Shown: piece after piece, positions 48,801-61,624 of the stretch
Layout of the letters: the number at the start of each line of letters is the position of its first letter
How positions within the stretch are numbered: the first letter of the stretch is position 1
Source: Lophium mytilinum
Lineage: Eukaryota
Direction: 5' to 3'
DNA length: 64,000 nucleotides
Assembly: GCA_010093605.1 (NCBI GenBank)
Contig: MU004187.1
Span: forward strand, 1,496,018 to 1,560,017
Notes under the pieces: model-generated
Seen by the model: the letters and a program-made list of their open reading frames with translations, nothing else
What the model was told of the DNA's origin: nothing
Databases searched by the model: none
Program-made: the position numbers and the translations under genes

Positions 48801-51800
48801 CGCGGCTCTAGCTACTCTAAAGGTAAGGGTCCTAAAGAAGGTTCTTAGAGAAAAGTAAGGTTATAGACTATAGTCGCGGTCTATAATACTAAAAGAACTT
48901 AGTTATAGAGAATCTTTAGTATAGAAGGCTTATTATTTTAGCAGCCTCTCTTAGTAAAGCTTAATAGGAACTATTTTAAAATAAAGATAGAGGATTTAAT
49001 ATTAAGCGGGTAAATAATATAGTCCTTTTAGCAATAGTATAAATCTATAAGAAAGAATAACCTATAGAAATAATAAAAATTAATTCTTATCTTAATTATA
49101 GAGCTACTAACTTATTTACTAGTACTAAGTTTATGCACCTAGTAAATTTACCTTTAAAACTACTTAAAAAAGCCTAAGTTTTTAAACTAGCTAATAGATT
49201 AGCCGTCGCCTAAAAAGTAATATATAAAGCCCTTCTTAGCATAAATATAAATAGCTATTAGAGTTACTACTAGACCTATATTACTAACCTTAGAGACTAT
49301 AATATTATAATAGGCCTTAATTAGCTATAAGATTATAATCTAGCTATTAACTAGAAAGCAGGCCACCTAGACTTTATTTACTCTTGCTATAAACTATACT
49401 AAAACTGCGTATATTATTTTAACCGCAACTCTATTACTATCTAGGTAAATAGTATATATCCTTATAATATATATAGTAATTACTATAACCTTATAGATTA
49501 GAAACCTATTAGTATAAACGCCTATATATAAATAGCCTCTATTACTAAGTATAAAGAATAGAAGCTTAAATAGATTTCTTGCTACGTTATAGAAATATTA
49601 GAAAATAAGAATAAAGACTTTATTATTACTTGCAACGGCTTATAAGTTATCGCCTTCTATATAGGCAATAATATTCTACTAAAAGCTTATAAAATCTCTA
49701 TAGAAGATATTAAAAAATTTATGCATATTAAGATATATCTCTCCCGTAATAAGATAATTTAATAGCTATCTAAATAACTACGCCGCTACATCTATATCTT
49801 TAACTAAGTAGAAGTAAATATACTTCCCCCTTATTAACCAGGCATTAATTATAAAATTAACCTTGTCTCTAGCGCTAGTAAACTACCTAAAGCCCGTTCT
49901 TACACTATATCTAAGAAAGAGCTTAAAGTTATTAAGAAATAGATTAATAATAACCTTAATAAAGGCTTTATTTATAAATTATAATCCTCTATATCCTCCC
50001 CTATACTACTTATCTAAAAACCGGGTAGCGGAGTCTAATTCTATATTAACTATAGAGCTATTAATATAATAATAATTAAAACCTAATACCTATTACTACT
50101 AGTCTAAGAGACCCTCTAAAAACTTAGTAACGTAAAATAGTATTCTAAACTAGACGTTATATCCGCATTTAATTATATCTAAATACGCAAAGAAGATAAA
50201 GGCCTTATAGTCTTTTCTACTTACTAGGGCTAATATAAATTACTTATTATACTATTTAGCGTTATAGGCGGCCCGGGCAGGTTCTAATTCTATATTAATT
50301 AGACGTTATATAACTACCTTAATAACTTCTATTCTACCTATATAGATAACATTTTAGTCTATATAAATAGTATAAAGAAATAATATAAGAAATATATTAC
50401 TAAAGTTCTTAAATAGCTTAATAAAGCCGGCCTTAACTATAACTTTATAAAGTGCGAATTTAATAAGATAGAGATTAAATACCTAGGCCTTATTATTATA
50501 ATAGGCGGCGTCTAGATAGACCCTAATAAAGTCGCCGCTATTATAAACTAGAAGATACTAATATGCCTATACAATATATAAGCGTTCTTAGAATTTACTA
50601 ATTTCTATTAACGTTTTATACACGCGTTCTCTTATATTATTAGCCTACTTACGTCTATAATAAAGACTATAGACGGTAAGAAGACTAAGCTTAAAGCGTA
50701 GTTTACTTAGAATAATAAATATAACGCCGCTTTCTAAGCGCTTAAAATAGCGTTTACTATAGTATCTATCCTTTACTACTTTTAATACAGTAAGAAGGTC
50801 TATATTAAAACTAACGCTTTAGACTATATTACTGCTAGCATTATATTATAAGAAGGTAAAGATAGCTTACTCTACTCTATTATCTTCTTCTCCTCTAAAA
50901 TAAACCCCTAGGAATATAACTATAAAATCTATAATAAAGAGTTACTTGCTATTATTAAAGCCTTTAAAGAATAGAGGCCTAAACTAGCTAGCGCTAACCT
51001 AGATAATTCTACTAATATACTTATAGACTATTAAAATCTAAAGTACTTTATATCTATAAAATACCTTAACCGCTACTAGGCCTATTAGGCCGGCTTTCTT
51101 ACTAGTTTTAACTTTAAAATTATCTACCAACTAGGTATTTTAGAAGGAAAACTAGATAGCCTTACTAGATATTTATAAGACCTTTCTATAGATCTAAATA
51201 ATCTATGCTATTAGTTTTAATACTAAACAGTCCTTAAATTATAGAACCTAGGCCTAGGCGTTGCACTAAAGTATTTACTAAATATTAAGTTAAGCTTACC
51301 TAATAATAGCCTAGGCCGCATACTAAATCTAATTAGGCTAGTGCCCTGCTATAAAGAGTTAGACCTATTAATAGCTATAGAGTTACTATTATTAAAGATA
51401 TACTTTTAATTTCTTCTTATACCTGTAAGGCTGCGCAGCCACGCGCGGAATAATAACGTTAACCCTAACTCTAACCCTAACTCTAACCCTAACTCTAACC
51501 CTAACCCTTACCTTAAATCTAATTCTTTTCTTATAATTAAGCTACTCTCTATAAATAATAATAATCTTTATATAGAGCCCGATCTAGTCTATTAGTATAT
51601 ACTTACTAAGCTATTTAATAAAGGCTATTTTAGTACGCTACTATTTAATTCTACGCTTTATAAACTTATTACCCTTATATAAAATAGTAAGCGCATACTA
51701 CCTTAATCTCTACGCGATATTATTAGCAACTTAGATATCTTAGAATTTAAAGTCCGCTGCAATTAACTATATTACTACGGCCGATTATATATACCTGCGT

Positions 51801-53949
51801 ATAATAATTTATAACTTAAGCTTCTATAGCTTACCTATAATACTACTATTAGCGGGCACCTAGAAAAGTATAGTATATATAAACTTATCTAATATTACTA
51901 CTTTTAGCTAGGTATACGCAACTTAGTTAAAGACTATATAAGTACCTACTATAGCTATAAATAATTAAAAGCCTTCTATAATAAAAAATAAGGACTTCTA
52001 TATTTACTTAATATACTAGAATAGTATTAGACTAATATTACTATAGACTTTATTATAGAGCTTCCTCCCTATAAGTAGAATAGTTAAATCTATACTAAAA
52101 TTCTTATTATTATTTATTACGCTAGTAAGAAATATTACTATATTTCTATAAGCGGCACCTCTATCTATAATATTATTAATACCTTTCTTTAAGAAATCTA
52201 CCGCCTCTATAGCCTGCCTCGCATTATTATTAGTAATTGCAACCCGCGCTTTATCTCTAACGTTTAGAAATAAGTATATAAGTATATTAGTATCTACTAG
52301 AATATCTCTATAGCCGCTTACCCTAAAATAGATAGATAAATAGAAAACGCAAACGCCGTTATAAAAGCCTATCTTAGGCAGTTTATTAACTACTACTAGA
52401 ATAACTAGGTTAACTACTTACCTATTAGGGAGTTTTTAGTAAATAACTAAGTTAATATCTCTACTATAATAATACCGTTCTTTATTAATAAGGGTTTTTA
52501 CCCGCGCTCTAGCCTTAAGCCTCTACCCGGCGTTATAAATAATACTAAACCCGCGCCTCTACTCTTTCTAATACCCGATCTTAGTAATAACGCTGCTGTC
52601 CGCAGTTAATAGCTTAAAGAAGATAATTACGTTAACTAGATAAAGAAGATTCTAGATAAATATAAGGCTATAATAATATAGGTATAAACTAAATAAATAG
52701 ACTATATAAACTAATATTATAACCCTCTACTAAAGCTCTAAGTTAATAACTAGGTATAGCTTAACGCCTGTAATATAAAGATAACCCGCCTAAATAAGTT
52801 ACTTAATTATAAGAATCTTAGCCCTTTCCGCATTACTAAGATTATTAATAATAGTTACGCCTTCTAACTTAACTTTATAAATATAAGCCTTAAAGGCTCT
52901 TAAATATACTCTATTTTTTACTCTTACCTTCTCTACCTAGATAGGTCCCGCCTGCTGCTAGGCTAACGCTAGCCACTACTACCTCCCGTCTAGGTAATTA
53001 ACCCGGTTACCTCTAAATCTATTAAATAATATGTAATTACGCGCATTATTAATAGCCGCTGGCGCGGCCGCGGTCTAAAAGAATGCTGCTATCTAGAATA
53101 TAAAGAACTTTATAAAGGTTATACTATACTATAGAAATAGTAACTATAGAAATAATTTATATCTAAAGCTGCGGATCTAATTAGTAAATTCTATAATCTT
53201 AACCCCAATACTAATAGTCCTTATCTAGACTTTAAACCCAATAATAATTAGCGCGCGCGCCTTACTAATAATAATAATACTATTAATAATCTTACCGCTA
53301 ACTGCTTATAATTATAATTAATCTATACTGCTAACTATTTATAATTATAAACGCTCTATAACTAGCTACGTTTTTATCTTTATATAATTACCTTGCTGCA
53401 CCTCTACACTATAATTAAAAATAGCCTTATATAGTTTATTGCAACTTTATATATAATAACTATAATAAGATTAGAATTCTTAGCTGTATAAAGTAGGCTA
53501 AGCTGTTATAATAGAAAAGCCCTTATAAGTAATACCTTAAGTACGCTAGCTTCTTATATATTAGTATATAACTAATAATTAGCTAAACTATACTATATAA
53601 TTTACTGCACCGGACGACCTTTTATACCCTTATATTTAAGCCTAACACAGCCTATAATACTATTTTCTTTTCCTTTTTATTTCCTTCTAGCGTTCTTAAA
53701 TGGGGGGGTAGTATAATAGATTATACTCTACCCTCTAGTTATATATTTACCTATTACCGGCCTTCTACCTCTATACCTATTACGTTACCTAGCGCCGCCT
53801 ACGCGCTAGCCTGCCTAGCGCCTATGCGCCTCTCTCCTCTATGTATATAGTTTCTACCTAGAAGCCTTTCTTTCTACTCCTTATATAACCTCTTAAATTT
53901 AACCTAGTTACCTTATACTACTAAGCTCCTCTATACTATAACTATAATA
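45871..53949 (+). mobile_element. RIP-inactivated Ty3/Gypsy (chromovirus-like) LTR retrotransposon #2 (8079 bp)
   Basis: 238-bp LTRs at 45871-46108 and 53712-53949, perfect CTAGT TSD, PPT AAATGGGGGGGTAG. Relics: gag CCHC (~48600), protease LDCGAT (~49090), RT YVDDI (~50340), RNase H DAS (~50815), integrase HH/CC and core, chromodomain-like Y.I..I..SR...LEY....KGY (~53030-53150). Confidence 0.92.
51460..51510 (+). repeat. telomere-like (AACCCT/AACTCT)n hexamer array inside Gypsy #2 pol
   Basis: TAACCCTAACTCTAACCCTAACTCTAACCCTAACTCTAACCCTAACCCT read directly. Confidence 0.8.
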
Positions 53950-56900
53950 CTAGTTATAAGTAATAGAAAGTAAATACTATATACTACTATTAGATAATAA
54001 CTATAAAAAGGTTAGCTACTTATATTCTAAAAACTGCACTCTTATTAGATATTTAGAAGGGTAAAACTATTACCTTCTAAATAAAAATAACCGTATTATT
54101 ATAGTTAAAGATATTATCTTTCTAGAAAAGCCTCTATATATAGACTTTTCTAATAACTAGATAATTAAAGAAGAAGGAACTTTATAGAGACCTCTATAAT
54201 AACTGCTTAAATAATAATAGAATATTATAGCTCTACTAGAATTAAATAAGAATAATAACCTATCTTACCCCTTAGTATAAGATTAACTAGACTTTAAGCT
54301 TCTAACTTAACCTTTAGAAAATCCTATAATAGATATTATAGATACTATAGAAAAAGTACCACTAATATCTATAGAATTATAATAGTTTTAAACTCCTCTT
54401 AAAAACCTATTAACGCCTAGTATAATATAGTATAAAGAAGAATAGGTATCTACTCTATATATATCTACTCTACGTGCACCTACTCTATATATATAACTAC
54501 CTATTAATAACGCCCTATAGAGAATACTAGAACCTATAGAAGAAAGCGCGCCTACTAGATTTTAACCCGGCGTACTAGGTATTACTTAAATTTAAGGCGC
54601 CTTAATAGAAGTACTTAATAACTACTCTAAACTCTAGATATTAAATTAAAGTACTAAAGAGTCTTAGAGAGTAGAAGTACTATAAAACCCTTTTAGACTA
54701 CTTACTCTAATTAGAATTACTACTAAGAAACTATTTAAACTAAAGTCTTTAAAATAAGTAAAAGATAGCTTAACCTAGAACTAGTAGAAAGACGCTATAA
54801 TAGAAGAGAATAGCTCTCTTCTAATTAATAAAATATAGGACCTTATAGACCCTTCTATAAATTAATATATATTATAAGGTAAATAGGTTTATAAGCTAAA
54901 ACGCAGAGCTGCAGGTAAAGTTATTAGATATAAAGCCCGCTAGGTAGTTTATAGATTTAAATAAGAAGAAGATATTAATTATAATAAGATATTTACGTTA
55001 GTTATAAAGCTAATAAGCTATAAAATAATCTTTATAATTGCCGCTGCACTAGATCTAAATATTAAATAGATAGATATTAAAACTGCCTTCTTATATAGAA
55101 ATATTAAGAAAGAAATCTATATTAAATAACTCTATAGAATAGAAAATACTATAAATAACCTAATACTATTATATATCTATAAGCTTTAAAAAGCCTTATA
55201 TAGTCTAAAGTAGGCTCCGCGCATTTAGTATTATACGCTCGCTATATTTCTAAAAGACCTAGGGTTTACTTCTTTAAACTCTAATTTAGAATTCTTTTCT
55301 AAAGAATATATATTTATTACTATCTATATTAATAATCTACTTATTATAGAACTAACTATATCTAATATTAATTCCCTTAAGTAATTACTTAGCTCTTAAT
55401 TTAAAATATCTAACCTAGGTACTTATAGCTACTATCTTAGAATGTTAATTATATATAATTATAGAAATTATAAGCTATTACTTAGCTAAAAAGGATATAT
55501 CTATAAAGTCTTACAAGAGTTTAACCTAGTAGATAGTAAACTAGTTACTACGCTAATAGAAACTAGTAAAATAGAACTAGTAGAGAAAGAATTCTCTACT
55601 CTAGAAGCTAACTGCTTCTAGTATATAAAAGCTATTAGTTCTCTTATATATACTATACTTAGTATATAACTAGATATAGTATTTATAGTATCTATTTATA
55701 GTAGATATCTAGTAAACCCTATATAAGTATATATTAAAGCTATAAAATAAATTATATAATATCTCTAAGATATAATAGACCTCTAATTAGTATACTAAGG
55801 CCTAATATAACTATTAGCCGGGTATATAGACTTAGACTAGGCAGGTAACTAAGTAATATAATAATTAACTACTAGCTATATATTTAATATTAGCAGCGGA
55901 GCAATTAGTTAGTTATTAAAATAATAGATAGTAGTTACTCTCTTCTTATATAAAGCTAAATATATAGGGGAAATATAAGCTATAAAAGAAGTAGTATAGT
56001 TATACTTTCTTCTAGAAGAACTTCTAGCTATAGAAGAAGCTCTAGCAGTAATAATTATCTATAGTAATAATTAAGGAGCTATAGTATTAGCTAAGAACCC
56101 GTAATTCTACTCTAGATTAAAATATATTACTATCTAGCATTACTATATAAGGAAGAAGGTAGCTAATAATACTATAGACCTTTAATTTATTTCTACTAAT
56201 TAATAAGTAGTAGATAGGCTTATAAAAGTATTACTAAAAGACCGCTTTCTACTCTACTAAAGCGCTCTTAGACTTAAATAAGCTAAAACTATTATAGTAA
56301 GGGGGAATATATATAATAAATATCCTCTATTATTTTTAGCTTTATATTATTAGAATTTTAAAATTAATAAAATTCTAGGTCTACTAATATTAGTAAATTC
56401 TAGAATCTTATTTTAGTACTCTATATAACTAGGTTACGCCGCCTTATAATATTATTTTTATCTAAATTAGTTTAATATTAAATGCGCAAGAACTTCTAAT
56501 ATTATCTAAAAATAACATGCTCTGCTAGTTTTTAATCTTTCTAAATTTTTATTTAAGATCTAATTAGCCTAAAATTATTCCGGCCCGCTATATTATTTTT
56601 ATCTAGATTAGAGTAATATTAACCTCTCTATAAGGCATACGCTATTAATATTAAATTTAAAAATACTTATTCTATCTAACTTTACTAGTACGCTAGTATC
56701 TATCTAGAACCTATTAATTACTTTAGTATAAAAAAGTAGTCTAGCGCCTAGTATATAAGTTTTTCCTTTATTATTTTAAACCTAAGTCTATATATTCTCT
56801 TTTTTAACTTAGAAAATTTAAAGGTAAATTTAAATTTAGAAATTTTTACTAAGTCTTTAAATTTATCTTAGTACCTACTTTAAAAAATTATAACTCCGCT

Positions 56901-58378
56901 AAATATTATCTAAATTAATTTATTAGTATACTAAAATAACTATACTACCTTCTTCTATTCTATTAGAGTTCTACTAGTATACTAATAATAATTAAGCTAT
57001 CTACTAGGCCTAAAATAGAGTCTAGCACCTTATATTTAACTCTTAAGTAGCCTTTTACTTCTATATAGATAGTACTCTTAGACCTAGTACTATAGGTACC
57101 CGCTATATAATAGAAAGACTCTAATATTCTATCCCCTTTAAACTAGATAATATCTAATATAAAAAGAGAAGACTATAAGAAAGAAAAGATATTAAAGCTA
57201 CTACTACTAATAAAAATTAGTCTTCTAAAAGCTCTACTAAGATAGAATTAGTTCTAGATAATTACCCTAATACTCTATCTAAATAGTAGTAGTCTCTTAT
57301 TATTAACTACACCTCTCTACCTAATTATAGAGCCTCTATTATAGAAATATAACTTTAGATTTCTAAGTTCTTTAATAAAGAACTTATTCTAGAATAGCCT
57401 TTCTATTTTAATACTAAGTTTATTCTCTATAAGGTCTAATTTATTATTATAAATAATAATAGAACTATTAGTAATATACCTAGAACTAGTCTAAAGCTTA
57501 CCTATATACTCCCCTTAGTTAATTACCTTATAGACGCTTAATATATTCTCTTTTCTAGAGAGTTTTCTACTTTTCTTACTAATAGAGACAACGCTAATAA
57601 CTATAGAAATATTAACTAACCTCTTTAGAGTGCTTTCTAATTAAAGAATACTAAATAGACTTACTACTACTCTTTCTTCTATAAAGAATATAAGTTTCTC
57701 TAAGCTAGATCTATCTTTCTTATAGCTAACTTAGTAGATATTATAGAGTGTAATTAACGCTTTATTATAGAAGTAGCTAACTAAGATAATCTAATTATTA
57801 ATAGATAACACCGCGAAGAAATAACTAAGCTAGGTAATAAGCTATTTAAGTATAGGCGTAATATAGCCTCTACTAAACGCTACTAAGTAAAGTAAAAGAG
57901 AAGAATAACTAAAAAAAAAGATACTAGACTTAAAGTCCTTACTAATAAGGTAATAGAACTTTAAGACTCTATACCTAAGTAGCTTTCTAATATAAAAGCT
58001 TAGTTACTTATAAGAGAAATTAAAGATAAAAGAGATATAAAAGCTAGAATAACCTAGTAAAACTTAGATAATACTAAATAAAATAGAGACTACTAGAAGT
58101 AAGTATATATAGTAGCTAGAAAAGTAGAATTAAATACTAGAAGAGCTAAAATATAAGCTAGGGTAAACTTAGCTAGATAGGTAAGTTTTAAATACTAAGG
58201 AATTAAATACTTTACTTAAAATAGCTAGAGTAAAGCTATAAAGGACTTAGAAATTAATCTTAAGAAAGAAAGAATATAGATAGACTAGATAGTAGTAATA
58301 GAAGAAGCTTCTAGTATATAGAAGCTTTAGGTTTCTTTACTAGATACCTTTATATTTTCCTATATTCTTATATAGGAG

Positions 58379-58517
58379 TATTAAAACTAGCTTAAGCTTA
58401 AAGCTAGCTAGGTTCTAATATAGGAGAATTAGGCCTAGTGTGGCGATGGATTAGTATATATAGAGCCCCAGCCCACCATCTATTTATTAATCAATCAATC
58501 GATCATACCTTTCAACA
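58379..58517 (+). repeat. Copia 3' LTR
   Basis: TATTAAAACTAG...ATCAATCAATCGATCATACCTTTCAACA, followed by the TSD ATGCT. Confidence 0.92.
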
Positions 58518-58571
58518 ATGCTTACGTTGATTGCCGTCTTAGATTAGAGAGACCGCTAACCATGGTAATAG

Positions 58572-60254
58572 AAGCTTCGTTCAAATCAATGCCGCTGGCA
58601 ATGGCTATCGTAGCCATGGAATAGCTGTGCCAGCAAGGTCTTGGTCGCGGACTATCGATTCTCCCAGCTCTCGTGGGCAGCCAGAATCGCAGAGGCGAGA
58701 GAAATATGAAAACTTCTCTACTTTCCGATTTTGTCTAGGTGTGATTAGTTCGCCCTTATCCTCAACTTACACGTTTTGGTCTAGTCCCCTGAAAGGCCTC
58801 CGAGTTGCTATAAAGGATAATTATCATATCCGCGGTACTCGAACATCTCTCTGCAATCGCGCATACTACGAGACATACCCTGTTCAGGAAGAGACTGCTG
58901 ATGTCGTCTCCCACTTATTAGATGCAGGCATTCAGATTGTTGGCAAAACGTACCTAAGTGCCTTCGCCATGATGGAACACCCGACGCAAAGCGTCGATTA
59001 CCAAGCTCCTTCAATCCACGAGGAGATGGCTACTTGATAACAGGTGGCAGTAGTGGCGGAAGTGCCGCCGCGGTCGCTGCCTATGACTGGATCGACTGTG
59101 CAATCTGTAGTGATAATACGGGAAGCGCGCGAATTCCGGCTCTTCAAACTGGAATTTTTGGGTTTCGTCCATCCACACATTCCATCTCGAGAGAAGGGTT
59201 TGTGAAGGCCCGGCCAGCCGTAGACCCACCTGCTTGGTTTGGGAGGGATCTTGAGATATTTCCAGATGTCTTCGATGCTCTGGTGGAGCACAACGCGGGA
59301 GATCCGTCGTCGAAGGACTCACCTCTCGAGAATTCTCTACCCAATTGACTTCATTCCCGAAAATCATACCGAGCAAGTTGACCTGATGGAACACTTCCTC
59401 AAAGACGTTGGTCATTCTATGAAATGCACTCATCGTCGTATATCCATACGAGAAGACTGGCGAAAGTCGGCTCCCGTCGATGAGAAGGATTTAACCAAAT
59501 ACCTTTACTACGTAAGTTGTTAATCATGACAGTCTGACCAAAGAATTGAAATTTCACCTCAGGGTAGTGAGCACGGCTGGTATTACGCGGCGTACCATTC
59601 TTTCGACGAGTTCGGGAGAAAGTACAACGACGAGAATGGTCACGGTCCTTTTGTGACAGAGATATTCAGGTGGTATTGGTACAGTCTTGGCTTCCCCGGT
59701 CACCAACGGTAAATGCGCACCGTAGTTAGGAGTCTAGGGAAAGAAGTCAGCACGGAACAACATCAGGAGATCATGGATCACTTCGCAGTCTTCAAAGCTT
59801 GGTTCAATAATCATTACAAGCTGAACGACTTGCAAAGTCCCTTTCTCGCATTGCACATTGATACAGCGACCCCAAGATATCGAGATGTGTATCCTGGCGA
59901 CACTAATCCAGCAGTACCCGGACTTCGTCCTACAAATCTCTCGGCAATTCTAGGCGCACCCGAGTTGGCGATACCAAGTGAGCAATCCGACAGTTCACGA
60001 TATCTGTGACCGTCCGCTTCCTATGGGCATTACTGATAAGATTACGACTAGTTTCTCAAACTCCTTATCAAACCCGGATCACAGGCAAGGAGGAACAGCT
60101 ACCAATGGTCGTAGGACTCATGGGGCCGCCTAGTACGGATAAGAAACTAATACACTGGACTCTGCAAGCATTGCGAAAGAGCGGTCGTGCAACGAAAGTT
60201 ATGACAGGCCCTGCAGCCTTCGAAACTTCCTCAAAGAAGCGTGCGGGGCTTTAG
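58572..60254 (+). pseudogene. 3' exons of the amidase-signature gene, with two frameshifts
   Basis: Branch point GCTAAC and TAG acceptor (58571), then SFVQINAAG...IAVPAR...[17 protein letters not shown], ([10 protein letters not shown]), [38 protein letters not shown]. Frameshifts at ~59011 and ~59330. Confidence 0.8.
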
Positions 60255-60640
60255 TAATTACCGCACCTCGCAGAGCTTACTATAACTAACACTCTCTTTA
60301 CTCAGCAGTTCTGTTGGCTCAGTACACAAAGCCTCATATGTCTAGCTCTATACCTACTTTGCTTCACCGAATTAGAATAGGTGTTGATTAGCCCAGGTCT
60401 CGGACGACCGTGCTGTCCAATGCGTGCTCTTCGTTCTGGTTTCATTACGTGGCGTAAGTGCAGCCTTCAACTCTCAACTGGCATGGATGACGGTGCCTCT
60501 TCATCGACGAAATATCACAAAGTCCCAACACTAGCCACGGATCTGGGGTATCGTCGTAATTATCTCTTTTCTCTTATCCCTAGTTATCTATTCTAGCTAG
60601 TCTCTTCCTTAATTAGGGGTGGATAGTCTCATCATGTATT

Positions 60641-61624
60641 CTAGATGGAGTCTTGAGTATGTTCCAACCGAAAACCTCCAAAAAGTACCTTCACCATACT
60701 ATGCCCCAGCCAGTTCAAATCTCTATCCAGAACCTTCTGCAATAACTCCACGCCAACCGTATAACAAACATCCGCAGGCCCCCACTTCCCTCTCTTGGCC
60801 CAAATAATGATGTGAACCCCTAATCTTGCAGCGACAATGAGACTATCTTGAAGGCTCAAAGGTCTGCTTTTGACATATTCCGCGAGAAATGCATCAAAGA
60901 GGCCTCCTTTCCTGCCAAAATCTTCCATCATCCAGACTTCACCAGCAAATAGGCCGACATCGAACGCGCCATTCCCTCGTCTCGCCCATTCCCAGTCGAT
61001 CACTGTGAGCTGTGGTGTCGGTGTCGGTGTATCTTCGTCGGCGACGACGATGTTCGAAGGTAAAAAGTCGCCGTGGCATTGGCAGGATTTGTTCTCTTCG
61101 CCATCAAACAGGAATGAGAGAATTTTCTCGCCTAAAGCCTCATGGCCGGATGCTCGAAGCGTTCCTGGCAGGTGTTGCTCAAGGTGCATGGACGAGAGCT
61201 CCACTGATTGATTGTCGATGTTGACGGGAGTGGAGTGCAACTGAGCGAGCCATTGTCCAATCCGGGCTCCCACAGTCTGAAGATCAAGCTCGGAGAATGC
61301 TTCGATGAGATTGCGAGACCCGGCATCGGAAATCTGCAAGACATGAGCTTGATTGTCGTAGAACAGCAGCCTTGGGACTTGAATATCGCCGTGGAATGGT
61401 AGGACCGATATGGCTTCTGCTTCAAACTTCTGTCGCTCGATCGGCAAACGGACCGCCGTATTTATCTTCAAATAAGGGGTGGCATGTTTGACAACGCTCC
61501 CTACGCTGGAAATGATTCGCCAAGAGTAATTCGAGCCGCCAGCTGTGAGTGGTTCAAGTGAGGTAAATGGAATGTGTTTTGATCGGAGGTACTCCTCCAT
61601 TTTCGGCGTTGTGGTAAGGTCCAT
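60641..61624 (-). CDS. APH/choline-kinase-like phosphotransferase (methylthioribose kinase-like), intronless
   Basis: Contains GGSNYSWR, VVKHATPY, R..FEA, the Brenner motif HGDFLPSNI and IDWEWA...FDVG. The start could be 61624, 61597 or 61690. Confidence 0.85.
   Translation of the reverse strand: MDLTTTPKMEEYLRSKHIPFTSLEPLTAGGSNYSWRIISSVGSVVKHATPYLKINTAVRLPIERQKFEAEAISVLPFHGDIQVPRLLFYDNQAHVLQISDAGSRNLIEAFSELDLQTVGARIGQWLAQLHSTPVNIDNQSVELSSMHLEQHLPGTLRASGHEALGEKILSFLFDGEENKSCQCHGDFLPSNIVVADEDTPTPTPQLTVIDWEWARRGNGAFDVGLFAGEVWMMEDFGRKGGLFDAFLAEYVKSRPLSLQDSLIVAARLGVHIIIWAKRGKWGPADVCYTVGVELLQKVLDRDLNWLGHSMVKVLFGGFRLEHTQDSI

Larger units (their letters stand above)
34043..58517 (+). mobile_element. 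RIP-inactivated Ty1/Copia LTR retrotransposon, host of two nested Gypsy elements (own sequence ~8.1 kb: 34043-35013, 43307-45870, 53950-58517)
   Basis: 139-bp LTRs at 34043-34181 and 58379-58517, ATGCT TSD (34038-42 and 58518-22), PBS GGTTATAAGCCC. RIP-decoded motifs occur in Copia order: integrase (EFIHTDITG ~45380, NGVAE ~45675), RT (KARWV ~54930, MDVKTAFLYG ~55070, YVDDL ~55325), RNase H (YTDSDWAG ~55820). Confidence 0.92.

Noticed and set aside
58660..58785. ~40-aa in-frame extra segment in the amidase before [11 protein letters not shown]
   Set aside because: It could be a decayed intron or an insertion, but I found no frame-preserving GT-AG pair or TSD, so it is unresolved.
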